From contig JAZKJK010000017.1 in assembly GCA_040384365.1 (NCBI GenBank), positions 1 through 55,743 on the forward strand: DNA of 55,743 bases, written 5' to 3'. The notes under the pieces were generated by a model, which was not told the origin of the DNA, ran no database searches, and saw only the letters and a list, made by a program, of their open reading frames with translations. Source of the DNA: Patescibacteria group bacterium (GTDB lineage Bacteria > Patescibacteriota > Minisyncoccia > Phycocordibacterales > UBA9973). Position 1 is the first letter of the stretch. The number at the start of each line of letters is the position of its first letter. A program made the position numbers and the translations under genes. Positions 31,901-40,012 of the stretch are shown piece by piece.

Positions 31901-32920
31901 ATGAAACAATTTATTCATAGCTACGATACTATCATAACTATAGAAAAACTGCTCAAAGCTTGGCAGGAATTTTTACGCGACAAGAAAAATAGAAAAGATG
32001 TCATTTTATTTCAAGCCAAATTGATGGACAATATTCTTGAGCTTTTTAATGATTTAAAAGACAAAACTTATCAACATGGTGGCTATACGGAATTCAATAT
32101 ATCCGATCCAAAGCCTCGGCAAATACACAAAGCCACAGTCAGAGACAGGTTGCTCCATCACTTAATCTATCAAGAACTATATCCATATTTTGACTCCAAA
32201 TTCATCCATGACTCATATTCTTGCAGAGTGAACAAAGGGACGCATAAGGCGATAGACAGATTCAGATACTTTTTCCGAAAAGTTTCAAAAAATAACACAA
32301 AGACCTGCTGGATTTTAAAATGCGACATTAGAAAATTCTTTGCGAATATTGACCATGTAATCTTGAAAAACACACTGTCAAGGACGGTCCTTGACAGTGA
32401 TACGCTTTGGTTACTTTCACAAGTAATAGACAGCTTTCAGACCAATTTACATATTTACGCCATGGCTGATATATGTAAAAAGGGGTTACCGCTTGGGAAT
32501 TTAACGTCCCAACTCTTGGTAAATGTGTATATGAATGAATTCGACCAGTTTATGAAAAGAGAATTGAAAGTAAAACACTATATCCGTTACGCAGATGATT
32601 TTGTGATATTGAGCGACGATAAAGAATATCTTAAAAATTTACTTCCTAAAGTTTCAGACTTCTTAGCTGAAAAATTGAAATTGTGTTTGCATCCGGACAA
32701 GGTTTTTATTAAAACATTGGCTTCCGGAATAGATTTTTTGGGTTGGTTGCATTTTCCGGAGCATAGAGTCCTGCGGACGAGTACTAAAAAGAGAATGTTG
32801 CATGCTGTAAAAAATAATCCAAAACCAGCAACCATACAGTCTTATTTAGGGATGCTCTCGCATGGGAATAGCTATAAATTATCTAGAAAAGTTTATCAGA
32901 AATTATATGGTAAAGTGTAG
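31901..32920 (+). CDS. DGR reverse transcriptase
   Basis: 339 aa. PKPRQIHKATVRDRLLHH, SYSCRVNKGTHKA, DIRKFFANIDH, the DGR-typical GLPLGNLTSQLLVNVYMNEFD, and the catalytic YADDF. Confidence 0.9.
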   Translation: MKQFIHSYDTIITIEKLLKAWQEFLRDKKNRKDVILFQAKLMDNILELFNDLKDKTYQHGGYTEFNISDPKPRQIHKATVRDRLLHHLIYQELYPYFDSKFIHDSYSCRVNKGTHKAIDRFRYFFRKVSKNNTKTCWILKCDIRKFFANIDHVILKNTLSRTVLDSDTLWLLSQVIDSFQTNLHIYAMADICKKGLPLGNLTSQLLVNVYMNEFDQFMKRELKVKHYIRYADDFVILSDDKEYLKNLLPKVSDFLAEKLKLCLHPDKVFIKTLASGIDFLGWLHFPEHRVLRTSTKKRMLHAVKNNPKPATIQSYLGMLSHGNSYKLSRKVYQKLYGKV

Positions 32921-32938
32921 ATGTGTCATAATTAAAAT

Positions 32939-33970
32939 ATGCAAATCGAGCAAAATTATAATTTATCTAAATTAAACACCTTTGGTATTTCAGTGAATGC
33001 CAAGTTTTTTGTGGAAATACAGAGCGAAGCTGATTTTAAAGAGCTTTTCGGCACTCCAGAATTCAAAAACAGCAAAAGAATATTTCTTGGTGGAGGTAGC
33101 AATGTTTTATTTACCAAAGATTTTGATGGTTTAGTCATTTTAAATAAATTAAAAGGAATAGAGATTTTAAATGAGGATGCTGAGAATGTAGTTCTCCGCT
33201 GTATGGGCGGGGAAGTCTGGCATGACCTTGTCGTCTTTGCCGTAGAGCGTGGACTGTGGGGGATTGAGAATTTATCGCTTATTCCCGGGACAGTCGGTGC
33301 TGCACCAATGCAAAATATTGGGGCATATGGAGCAGAGCTCAAGAATGTGCTAGAAAATGTGGAAGCATATGAAATCGAAACAGGCAAAAAAAGAATTTTT
33401 AATAAAGCAGAATGCGAGCTTGGCTACAGAGACAGTATTTTTAAGAATAGTTTGAAAGATAAATATTTTATTTCCGCGATAACTTTAAAATTAAGCAAAA
33501 AAGAAAACAAGAATTTGAGTTACAAAGCGCTCTCGGAACATCTTGAGAAGAATAAGATTGAAGTCAGGAATTCAAGAGACATAAGTGATGCCGTCTCGCA
33601 TATACGTCAAACCAAACTTCCAGATCCCAAAGTTATAGGCAATGCCGGAAGCTTTTTTAAAAATGTTTTTGTGGCGCCGGCGGAATTAGAGCGATTGAGA
33701 AAGATTTATCCCCTTATACCGTCTTTTAATGAAGATGGAGTAGTTAAGATTCCAGCTGGGTGGCTGATAGAGCAATGTGGTCCCGCGAACGGGACAAGTT
33801 GGAAAGGGTATAGGGTGGGCCATGTCGGTGTTCACGACAAGCAGGCCTTGGTCTTGGTCAACCACGGCGGTGCCTCGGGCGAGGAAATATTAGCTCTGGC
33901 CAAGCAAATAATAGCTGATGTGAAAGGGAAATTTGGCTTGGAACTTGTGCCGGAAGTGAATTTGATTTGA
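32939..33970 (+). CDS. murB: UDP-N-acetylmuramate dehydrogenase
   Basis: LSKLNTFGI....F.EI.SE.DF, GGGSNVLF, and a C-terminal GVH.KQALVLVNHG. Confidence 0.85.
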   Translation: MQIEQNYNLSKLNTFGISVNAKFFVEIQSEADFKELFGTPEFKNSKRIFLGGGSNVLFTKDFDGLVILNKLKGIEILNEDAENVVLRCMGGEVWHDLVVFAVERGLWGIENLSLIPGTVGAAPMQNIGAYGAELKNVLENVEAYEIETGKKRIFNKAECELGYRDSIFKNSLKDKYFISAITLKLSKKENKNLSYKALSEHLEKNKIEVRNSRDISDAVSHIRQTKLPDPKVIGNAGSFFKNVFVAPAELERLRKIYPLIPSFNEDGVVKIPAGWLIEQCGPANGTSWKGYRVGHVGVHDKQALVLVNHGGASGEEILALAKQIIADVKGKFGLELVPEVNLI

Positions 33971-34019
33971 TGCACCAAAGGGTGTACAATTAGAAAAATT
34001 AATAATTATTTTAAAATTT

Positions 34020-34835
34020 ATGGAAAAAAATCAAGTAAACAATTTATACAAAGCAGGACTTGCATTTCTAATTATTTTATCTGTGTTTGTTTTAGCAAAA
34101 ACCTTCTTTCCACGGGGAGGCATGCATGGTGCAAAAGGTGATGTAGCGAATACCATTACTCTATCTGGTCATGGTGAAGTCACAGCTGTACCCGATATCG
34201 CCAATGTTTATTTCACAATTAGCAAAGATGCAGCCACAGTCAAAGATGCGCAAGCGGGGGTGGCAGTCATAGAAAAGAAAGCCTTGGACTTTTTGAAGTC
34301 TAAAGGAGTTGCTGATAAAGATATCAAGACCGCAGATGCTTCTTTCTATCCTAAATATGAATACAACCAAGCAGTATGTCCTATGGATTCAGGCGGAGTA
34401 ACTATGGGTAAAGCTTCTCCATATTATTGCCCTTCAGGTAGACAAGTGCTGACTGGTTACACTGCGAGCGAGAGTATTACAGTAAAGATTCGTAACACAG
34501 ATGATGCTGGAGCTATCATGCAAGGTCTCGGCTCCACGGGAGTTTCGAATTTGAGTGGTCCTAACTTTGCGATTGACGATGAAGATGCTCTCAAGGCAGA
34601 AGCACGCAGGAAAGCTATCGATGACGCGAGAGAAAAAGCAGAAATCTTGGCGAAAGATCTAGGTGTCAGACTGGGCAAGATTGCTAGTTTTCAGGAAGGT
34701 GGTGGCTACGGCGGGCCTATCTATTATGCTAAAGACGCTATGTTGGAAAGTGCGGCTAGTCCAGCTCCAGCAGTAATTCCTAAAGGTGAGAACACCATCA
34801 GCTCTGATGTCACAATAACTTACGAGATAAGGTAA
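34020..34835 (+). CDS. SIMPL/DUF541-domain periplasmic protein
   Basis: N-terminal TM. ITLSGHGEVTAVPDIANVYFTI ... and a C-terminal ISSDVTITYEI. Confidence 0.7.
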   Translation: MEKNQVNNLYKAGLAFLIILSVFVLAKTFFPRGGMHGAKGDVANTITLSGHGEVTAVPDIANVYFTISKDAATVKDAQAGVAVIEKKALDFLKSKGVADKDIKTADASFYPKYEYNQAVCPMDSGGVTMGKASPYYCPSGRQVLTGYTASESITVKIRNTDDAGAIMQGLGSTGVSNLSGPNFAIDDEDALKAEARRKAIDDAREKAEILAKDLGVRLGKIASFQEGGGYGGPIYYAKDAMLESAASPAPAVIPKGENTISSDVTITYEIR

Positions 34836-34872
34836 AGTTGACTTTTTTCTCTAAAAAGAGTAGTATTAAAAG

Positions 34873-34894
34873 AGCCCTGCAAGGGGCTTTTTTA
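34873..34894 (+). terminator. rho-independent terminator
   Basis: AGCCCT-GCAA-GGGGCT followed by TTTTTT. Confidence 0.8.
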
Positions 34895-34920
34895 AGAGGC
34901 TAAATGTTTTAAACACAAAA

Positions 34921-35106
34921 ATGTCAAAAATTACTGAATATTTTAAAGAAACCAAGACAGAACTCAAGCACGTGATCTGGCCTTCTCGCAGACAGACTAT
35001 CTACTCTACTTTGGTAGTTATAATTTTGTCTGTCCTTGTCGGATACTATTTGGGCGTCTTTGACTTTATTTTTTCTAGAGGTTTGGAGAAAATAATTGTG
35101 CAGTAA
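34921..35106 (+). CDS. secE: preprotein translocase subunit SecE
   Basis: 61 aa, ...ELKHVIWPSRRQT plus one TM. Conserved position before nusG. Confidence 0.85.
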   Translation: MSKITEYFKETKTELKHVIWPSRRQTIYSTLVVIILSVLVGYYLGVFDFIFSRGLEKIIVQ

Positions 35107-35132
35107 TTTTTTTAATTTAAAATATATTTTTT

Positions 35133-35675
35133 ATGAAACAAGAAGAACAAGGAGCGAGAAACTGGTACGCCATCCATACTTATGCTGGATATGAAAATGT
35201 TGTCTTGCGTAATTTGAAACAGCGTATTGATTCTCTCGGTATGAATGACAAGATTTTTAACGTCATTGTACCTATCGAAAAGAAAATAAAAATCAAAGGA
35301 GGCAAGCGAGTGGAAGTGGAAGAAAAGATTTATCCGGGCTATGTCTTAGTGGATATGGTGGTCACGGACGATTCCTGGTATGTGGTTCGCAATACTCCGC
35401 GAGTTACCGGCTTCGTCGGCGCTGGAGTCAACCCTGTGCCACTACGCAAAGACGAAGTGGACTATCTTTTCAAGAAAATGGATGCTGGTACAGCTAAACA
35501 CAATATCGACATGGTGATCGGCGAAAGTATTTTGATCACCGATGGTCCTTTTAAAGACCTCGAAGGCAAGATTAACTCTGTCGACGAGGAACGTGGTAAG
35601 GTCAAGGTGCTGGTTTCGATGTTCGGTCGCGAGACTCCAGTCGAGCTCGACTTCTTGCAAGTTAAGAAAATATAA
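35133..35675 (+). CDS. nusG: transcription termination/antitermination factor NusG
   Basis: WYAIHTYAGYENVV (NGN domain) and a KOW motif (ITDGPFKDLEGKINSVD). Confidence 0.9.
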   Translation: MKQEEQGARNWYAIHTYAGYENVVLRNLKQRIDSLGMNDKIFNVIVPIEKKIKIKGGKRVEVEEKIYPGYVLVDMVVTDDSWYVVRNTPRVTGFVGAGVNPVPLRKDEVDYLFKKMDAGTAKHNIDMVIGESILITDGPFKDLEGKINSVDEERGKVKVLVSMFGRETPVELDFLQVKKI

Positions 35676-35710
35676 GCTAATCTACATAAACACAAGAATA
35701 CAATAAATAT

Positions 35711-36133
35711 ATGGCAAAGAAAATTACCAAAAAAATAAAACTACAAATTCAAGCTGCCAAGGCAACGCCTGCGCCTCCTTTGGGACCTGCGCTCGGTCAG
35801 GCTGGTATCAATATAGGTGACTTCGTTACCAAGTTTAACGCTGCGACAGCTAAAATGGCAGGCGATAAGGTGGGCGTTTCTATCACTGTTTATGATGATC
35901 GCAGCTATGATTTCGTCGTTAAGACTCCTCCTGTTTCTGGACTTATCCTAAAAGCGGCTGGAGTAGAAAAGGGTTCTGGCACAAATGTGAAGACCAAAGC
36001 TGGCAAGATAACTCGCGCTCAAGCTCTCGAAATAGCTAAGAAAAAAATGGTAGATCTAAATTCAAAAGACGATGAAGGTGCGATCAATATCATCGCTGGT
36101 TCTGCGAGAAGTATGGGCATTGAAGTGAAATAA
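35711..36133 (+). CDS. rplK: 50S ribosomal protein L11
   Basis: [34 protein letters not shown]. Confidence 0.95.
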   Translation: MAKKITKKIKLQIQAAKATPAPPLGPALGQAGINIGDFVTKFNAATAKMAGDKVGVSITVYDDRSYDFVVKTPPVSGLILKAAGVEKGSGTNVKTKAGKITRAQALEIAKKKMVDLNSKDDEGAINIIAGSARSMGIEVK

Positions 36134-36144
36134 TTCACTTGAAT
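36119..36144 (+). repeat. 26-nt hairpin repeat, copy 1 (loop spans the rplK stop codon)
   Basis: ATTGAAGTGAA-ATAA-TTCACTTGAAT. Confidence 0.7.
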
Positions 36145-36212
36145 GAAGCTTTTGAGATATTTTACGAGAAGTCGAAGTAAAATATCCAAAAGGTGTACTG
36201 TTCCTGTAAGGA

Positions 36213-36238
36213 ATAGAAGTAAAATAATTTACTTCTAT
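36213..36238 (+). repeat. 26-nt hairpin repeat, copy 2 (perfect 11-bp stem)
   Basis: ATAGAAGTAAA-ATAA-TTTACTTCTAT. It differs from copy 1 partly by compensatory changes. Confidence 0.7.
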
Positions 36239-36339
36239 CGGCCGGAGCCCGACGGGGCGAGGCGTGCCTAGGCAATTTTTTAGTAGAAAAATATGTGTGG
36301 GTAGAAGTGAAATAGGAGTTGAAGTAAAGTGTTAAAACA

Positions 36340-37176
36340 ATGTCACTTAAAAATAAGAAAACTTTAGTCATGGGAGTGCTCAATGTCACCCAAGATTCTT
36401 TTTCCGATGGCGGACTGTATATTAATGCTGAAAAAGCATTCAAGCGAGCTAGCCAGATGATAAAAGAAGGAGCGGACATCATAGATGTCGGCGGCGAGTC
36501 GACTCGGCCTGGCTCATCGTCGGTGAGCGCGGCAGAGGAAATGCAACGCGTCTTGCCAGTTATTAAGAAAATTCGTACAAAATTTGGCAAAAAAATAATT
36601 ATTTCTATTGATACCAACAAGTCACAAGTTGCCGAAATGGCGATCAAGGCTGGCGCCGGGATGGTAAATAGTCTTGGCGGTTTTACTTTTGATAAAAATT
36701 TAGCTCGGGTTGTAGCTGAAAAGAATGTCTCAGTTGTTATCTACCATATCAAGGGCGAGCCTAGGACAATGCAGGCAGGTCCGATAAAATATCAAAATGT
36801 TATTTCTGAAATCAATCAATTTTCCAAAACACAAATAGAAATTGGTAAAAAATTCGGTATAAAACAGAGCCAGTACATTCTCGATCCCGGTATTGGATTC
36901 GGTAAATCTGTGGAACATAATTTAACTATCATTAAAAAATTTAAAGCCTTTTCTAAATGGAAACTCCCACTTCTGGTCGGAGTATCTCGCAAAAGTCACC
37001 TAGCAAAGGTATTGCAGAGTAAATTAAATCTAGAAAAAATGCCTCTACCCAGTGAAAGGCTCGAAGCGGGACTAGCCGAGACGGCTTTTGCGGTTCTAAA
37101 TGGGGCAAAAATTGTACGCACGCACGACGTGCTCGAAACTAAAAAATTTCTTGCCATATTGGATGAATTGCGATAG
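36340..37176 (+). CDS. folP: dihydropteroate synthase
   Basis: MGVLNVTQDSFSDGG, DIIDVGGESTRPG, and ILDPGIGFGK. Confidence 0.9.
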   Translation: MSLKNKKTLVMGVLNVTQDSFSDGGLYINAEKAFKRASQMIKEGADIIDVGGESTRPGSSSVSAAEEMQRVLPVIKKIRTKFGKKIIISIDTNKSQVAEMAIKAGAGMVNSLGGFTFDKNLARVVAEKNVSVVIYHIKGEPRTMQAGPIKYQNVISEINQFSKTQIEIGKKFGIKQSQYILDPGIGFGKSVEHNLTIIKKFKAFSKWKLPLLVGVSRKSHLAKVLQSKLNLEKMPLPSERLEAGLAETAFAVLNGAKIVRTHDVLETKKFLAILDELR

Positions 37177-37185
37177 TATACTCAC

Positions 37186-37863
37186 ATGAAACATCAAACT
37201 TTTTTTAAGCAGCTTTCGGAAATTATAGAAGAAAAATCCATCCTGAAACATCCTTTTTATCAGTGTTGGCAGGCAGGCAAACTTGAAAAAATGGAATTGC
37301 AAGATTACATGAAGCAGTATTACCATTTAGAGAATGCTTTTCCTCGTTTCATGAGTGGGATTCATACAAATTGTGAAGATGCGCAAATGCGTGGAGTTAT
37401 GCTCAAGGATTTGATTGGAGAAGAGGGTGAAGTCACCAACCATGTCACTCAGCTGATAACTTTTTCTGAGGCGTTGGGTTTGACTGAGAACGAGGTTGTA
37501 AATTCTAAAGCTAATAAAAATACCGCTGAAGCTATTGATACGTTCCTAGCATTAGCTCAAGATAAAAATATAAATAAGGGTTTGGCAGCGCTCGCTACTT
37601 ATAAAGAACAGATAAGAAAAGTAGCAGTGACCAAAGCGCAAGGACTCAAAGATTATTATGGAATCCAAGACAGTAAAGCTCTTCAGTTCTTTACTACTCA
37701 TGCGAAAGTAAACACTGCTTGGCATGAACTCTTAGATGAAATGATTTCCGACAAAGAATACCCAACAGCGTTGAAAGCTGTCAGTTCTCTGTGTGATGCT
37801 TGGTGGCACTATTTAGACGGGGTCACTACTCCTAGCATGGCTATGCGGATGAAGGCCTGCTAA
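37186..37863 (+). CDS. CADD / PqqC-like haem-oxygenase-fold protein (Chlamydia CT610-type, implicated in pABA synthesis)
   Basis: KHPFYQCWQAGKLEKMELQDYMKQYYHLENAFPRFMSGIHTNCED parallels CT610 HTFYVKWSKGELTKEQLQAYAKDYYLHIKAFPKYLSAIHSRCDD (recalled from memory). Confidence 0.65.
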   Translation: MKHQTFFKQLSEIIEEKSILKHPFYQCWQAGKLEKMELQDYMKQYYHLENAFPRFMSGIHTNCEDAQMRGVMLKDLIGEEGEVTNHVTQLITFSEALGLTENEVVNSKANKNTAEAIDTFLALAQDKNINKGLAALATYKEQIRKVAVTKAQGLKDYYGIQDSKALQFFTTHAKVNTAWHELLDEMISDKEYPTALKAVSSLCDAWWHYLDGVTTPSMAMRMKAC

Positions 37864-37869
37864 TATCTA

Positions 37870-38574
37870 ATGCAAGTTCAAGCCATAAAAACCAGAATAT
37901 TTCGCGAGAATGAAGATCTGGCTAGTTTTGTTATTGGACATATTAAAAAAATTTCCGAGAAATCTATCCTAGTTATAACCTCTAAAATTGTCTCGCTGGC
38001 TGAAGGTAGAGTAGTTGAGTATAAAAACGAAAAACAGAAAAATAAAATAATAGAGGCAGAAAGCGAGCTAGCGATAAAGACCAAGCTGGCCTGGCTTTCT
38101 ATCAAAGATGGCATGGTCATGGCGAATGCTGGCATTGATGAATCAAATGCGAAAGGCAAGCTCATACTTTTACCAAAAGACAGTTTCGCGTCAGCAGAAT
38201 TGATTAGAAAAAAACTAAAAAAAATATTTAAGATTAAAAATCTCGGAGTGGTTATCTCAGACAGTCGGGTTTTCCCGCTTCGCGCCGGAGTTGTAGGTGT
38301 GGCCCTCGGCTATGCTGGGTTTGAAGGCATCAGGAATTATGTCGGCCAAAAAGATATTTTCGGACGGGTTTTAAAAATGTCTAAAACTAATATCGCCGAC
38401 TCTCTAGCCACTTCCGGAGTGCTCTGCATGGGTGAAGGCAGGGAACAGCAGCCACTAGCTATCATCGAAAATGCGCCAGTCCTATTTGGAGAAAAAGTTA
38501 ACAAAAAAGAATTAATAATCAGTCCAAAAGAAGACTTGTATTTGCCACTTTTAGGGAGTATATTTAAGAAGTGA
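37870..38574 (+). CDS. CofE-like gamma-glutamyl ligase (FolC2 / CT611-type candidate)
   Basis: ...ILVITSKIVSLAEGRVV... and GIDESNA motifs typical of the F420-0:gamma-glutamyl ligase fold. Sits in a folate gene context. Confidence 0.6.
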   Translation: MQVQAIKTRIFRENEDLASFVIGHIKKISEKSILVITSKIVSLAEGRVVEYKNEKQKNKIIEAESELAIKTKLAWLSIKDGMVMANAGIDESNAKGKLILLPKDSFASAELIRKKLKKIFKIKNLGVVISDSRVFPLRAGVVGVALGYAGFEGIRNYVGQKDIFGRVLKMSKTNIADSLATSGVLCMGEGREQQPLAIIENAPVLFGEKVNKKELIISPKEDLYLPLLGSIFKK

Positions 38575-39077
38575 AAAAAGTTGCTGAAAAAATTAAAAAA
38601 TACAAAAGGCCATCCTGGGATGAGTATTTTCTAAAGATGGTTGATATGGTCGGAACTCGAGGAACTTGCGATAGGGGAAGAAGTGGATGCGTGGTTGTTC
38701 GTGATAAAAGAATTCTTGTCACTGGGCATGTGGGTTCACCGATTGGGCTACCTCATTGTGATGAAGTGGGACATGAGATGCATACGGTGACAAATGAAGA
38801 TGGGACCACTTCTAGGCATTGTATCCGTACGGCGCATGCAGAACAGAATGCAATAAACAACGCAGCTCGGTCTGGGGTAGCCCTTTTAGGAGGCACAATA
38901 TATTCTAAAATGATTCCTTGTTATAAATGTACACAGAGCGTTGTGAATGTTGGCATTGTGCGCGTAGTTTCACAAATGGATTATCATGCAAGCGCCAAAA
39001 GCAAGGAAATTTTAAAAAAGGCGGGAGTGAAATTAGAGATTATAAATAAAAAAGTTGAGGAATATAAAGATCAATAA
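38571..39077 (+). CDS. dCMP deaminase (ComEB/Dcd-like cytidine/deoxycytidylate deaminase)
   Basis: Zinc motifs HAEQNAI and PCYKC. Confidence 0.85.
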   Translation: MKKVAEKIKKYKRPSWDEYFLKMVDMVGTRGTCDRGRSGCVVVRDKRILVTGHVGSPIGLPHCDEVGHEMHTVTNEDGTTSRHCIRTAHAEQNAINNAARSGVALLGGTIYSKMIPCYKCTQSVVNVGIVRVVSQMDYHASAKSKEILKKAGVKLEIINKKVEEYKDQ

Positions 39078-39078
39078 A

Positions 39079-39408
39079 ATGCCAGTAGATTTCAAAGAAT
39101 TACAAAAAGAAGTGATGAGAAATAGGAGGGAGAAGGGCTTTGGCAACGATATTCCGAGTGATTTCTGTAGGGCTTATGAAGAACTCTCTGAAGCATTTTC
39201 TAAATATAACAAGAATCAGTCTGGCGTTGCGGAAGAATTTGCGGACGTAATCATATTCCTGCTCGGCATGTCTGATACTCTGGGTTATGACTTAGAAAAA
39301 GAGTTGGTAGATAAAATAGAAAAAAATAAAAATCGCAAATACAGAAAAGACAAAACTCCCGAAGGTAAAGATATTTTCATCCGGATAAAAACTCCTGAAG
39401 ATCCTTAG
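39079..39408 (+). CDS. MazG-like nucleotide pyrophosphohydrolase (all-alpha NTP-PPase)
   Basis: EELSEAF....VAEEFADVIIFLLGMSDTLGYDLE..L..KIEKN. Start taken at ATG 39079, just after the preceding stop. Confidence 0.65.
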   Translation: MPVDFKELQKEVMRNRREKGFGNDIPSDFCRAYEELSEAFSKYNKNQSGVAEEFADVIIFLLGMSDTLGYDLEKELVDKIEKNKNRKYRKDKTPEGKDIFIRIKTPEDP

Positions 39409-39527
39409 AAAGCAAAAGAAAAAAATATGAAATTTTTCCGGTACGGATTTTTTGAAGCTTAAAAAATCCTGAAGTTCTCGCCCCGCCTGGCTCGAAACCC
39501 CTCCAAAATTTATATTTTTATCTTTTG

Positions 39528-40010
39528 CTAGATTTTTTCGTAGGTCTTGAAGGTGAATTCGTAGGGATGTTTTTCGTCTTTTGGGTGAAATTTCTCGGAT
39601 GTTATCTTCCATTCACTTTCGTCGAATGGGGGGAAAAAAGAATCAGCGGGAATATCAGCCTCTACATGGGTTAGATACATGCGCTTTAGATAGGGCATGG
39701 CTAGTTTTACTATTTCTCCGCCTCCGATAACAAAGGCCTCCTTCTCATTCTTGCACTCTTTTATGGCTTCTTCGATGTTGTGTGCAATTACTGCACCTGC
39801 CACCTGGTATGATGTATCTCGAGTAATAATAATATTTTTTCTATCTGGCAAAAGCCTGCCAATACTTTCATAAGTTTTACGGCCCATAATTACAGTATGT
39901 CCACGCGTGGTGTCTCTAAATCTTTTTAAATCGTCAGGCAGATGCCAAGGCAATTTATTTCCGAAACCTATCTCATTATTTTTACCTATGGCTAATATGA
40001 GTGAAATCAT
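39528..40010 (-). CDS. folA: dihydrofolate reductase
   Basis: ISLILAIGKNNEIGFGNKLPWHLPDDLKRFRDTTRGHTVIMGRKTYESIG. Confidence 0.9.
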   Translation of the reverse strand: MISLILAIGKNNEIGFGNKLPWHLPDDLKRFRDTTRGHTVIMGRKTYESIGRLLPDRKNIIITRDTSYQVAGAVIAHNIEEAIKECKNEKEAFVIGGGEIVKLAMPYLKRMYLTHVEADIPADSFFPPFDESEWKITSEKFHPKDEKHPYEFTFKTYEKI

Positions 40011-40012
40011 AT

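Noticed and set aside
31901-32920. Reading the RT as a retron or group II intron reverse transcriptase.
   Set aside because: There is no maturase/X or endonuclease domain and no flanking intron-like structure. No msr/msd-type inverted repeats were seen. The adjacent TR/VR pair with A-only mismatches and the LGNLTSQ motif point to a DGR.
36119-36332. Possible CRISPR array, because of the repeated motif; also considered because of the Cas2-like ORF at 45019.
   Set aside because: The repeats are 11-26 nt, irregularly spaced and partly palindromic. There are no uniform spacers and no cas genes adjacent. The Cas2-like ORF is 9 kb away and has no array next to it.
36162-36647. 161-aa minus-strand ORF.
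   Set aside because: It is antisense to the well-supported folP start and crosses the hairpin-repeat spacer.
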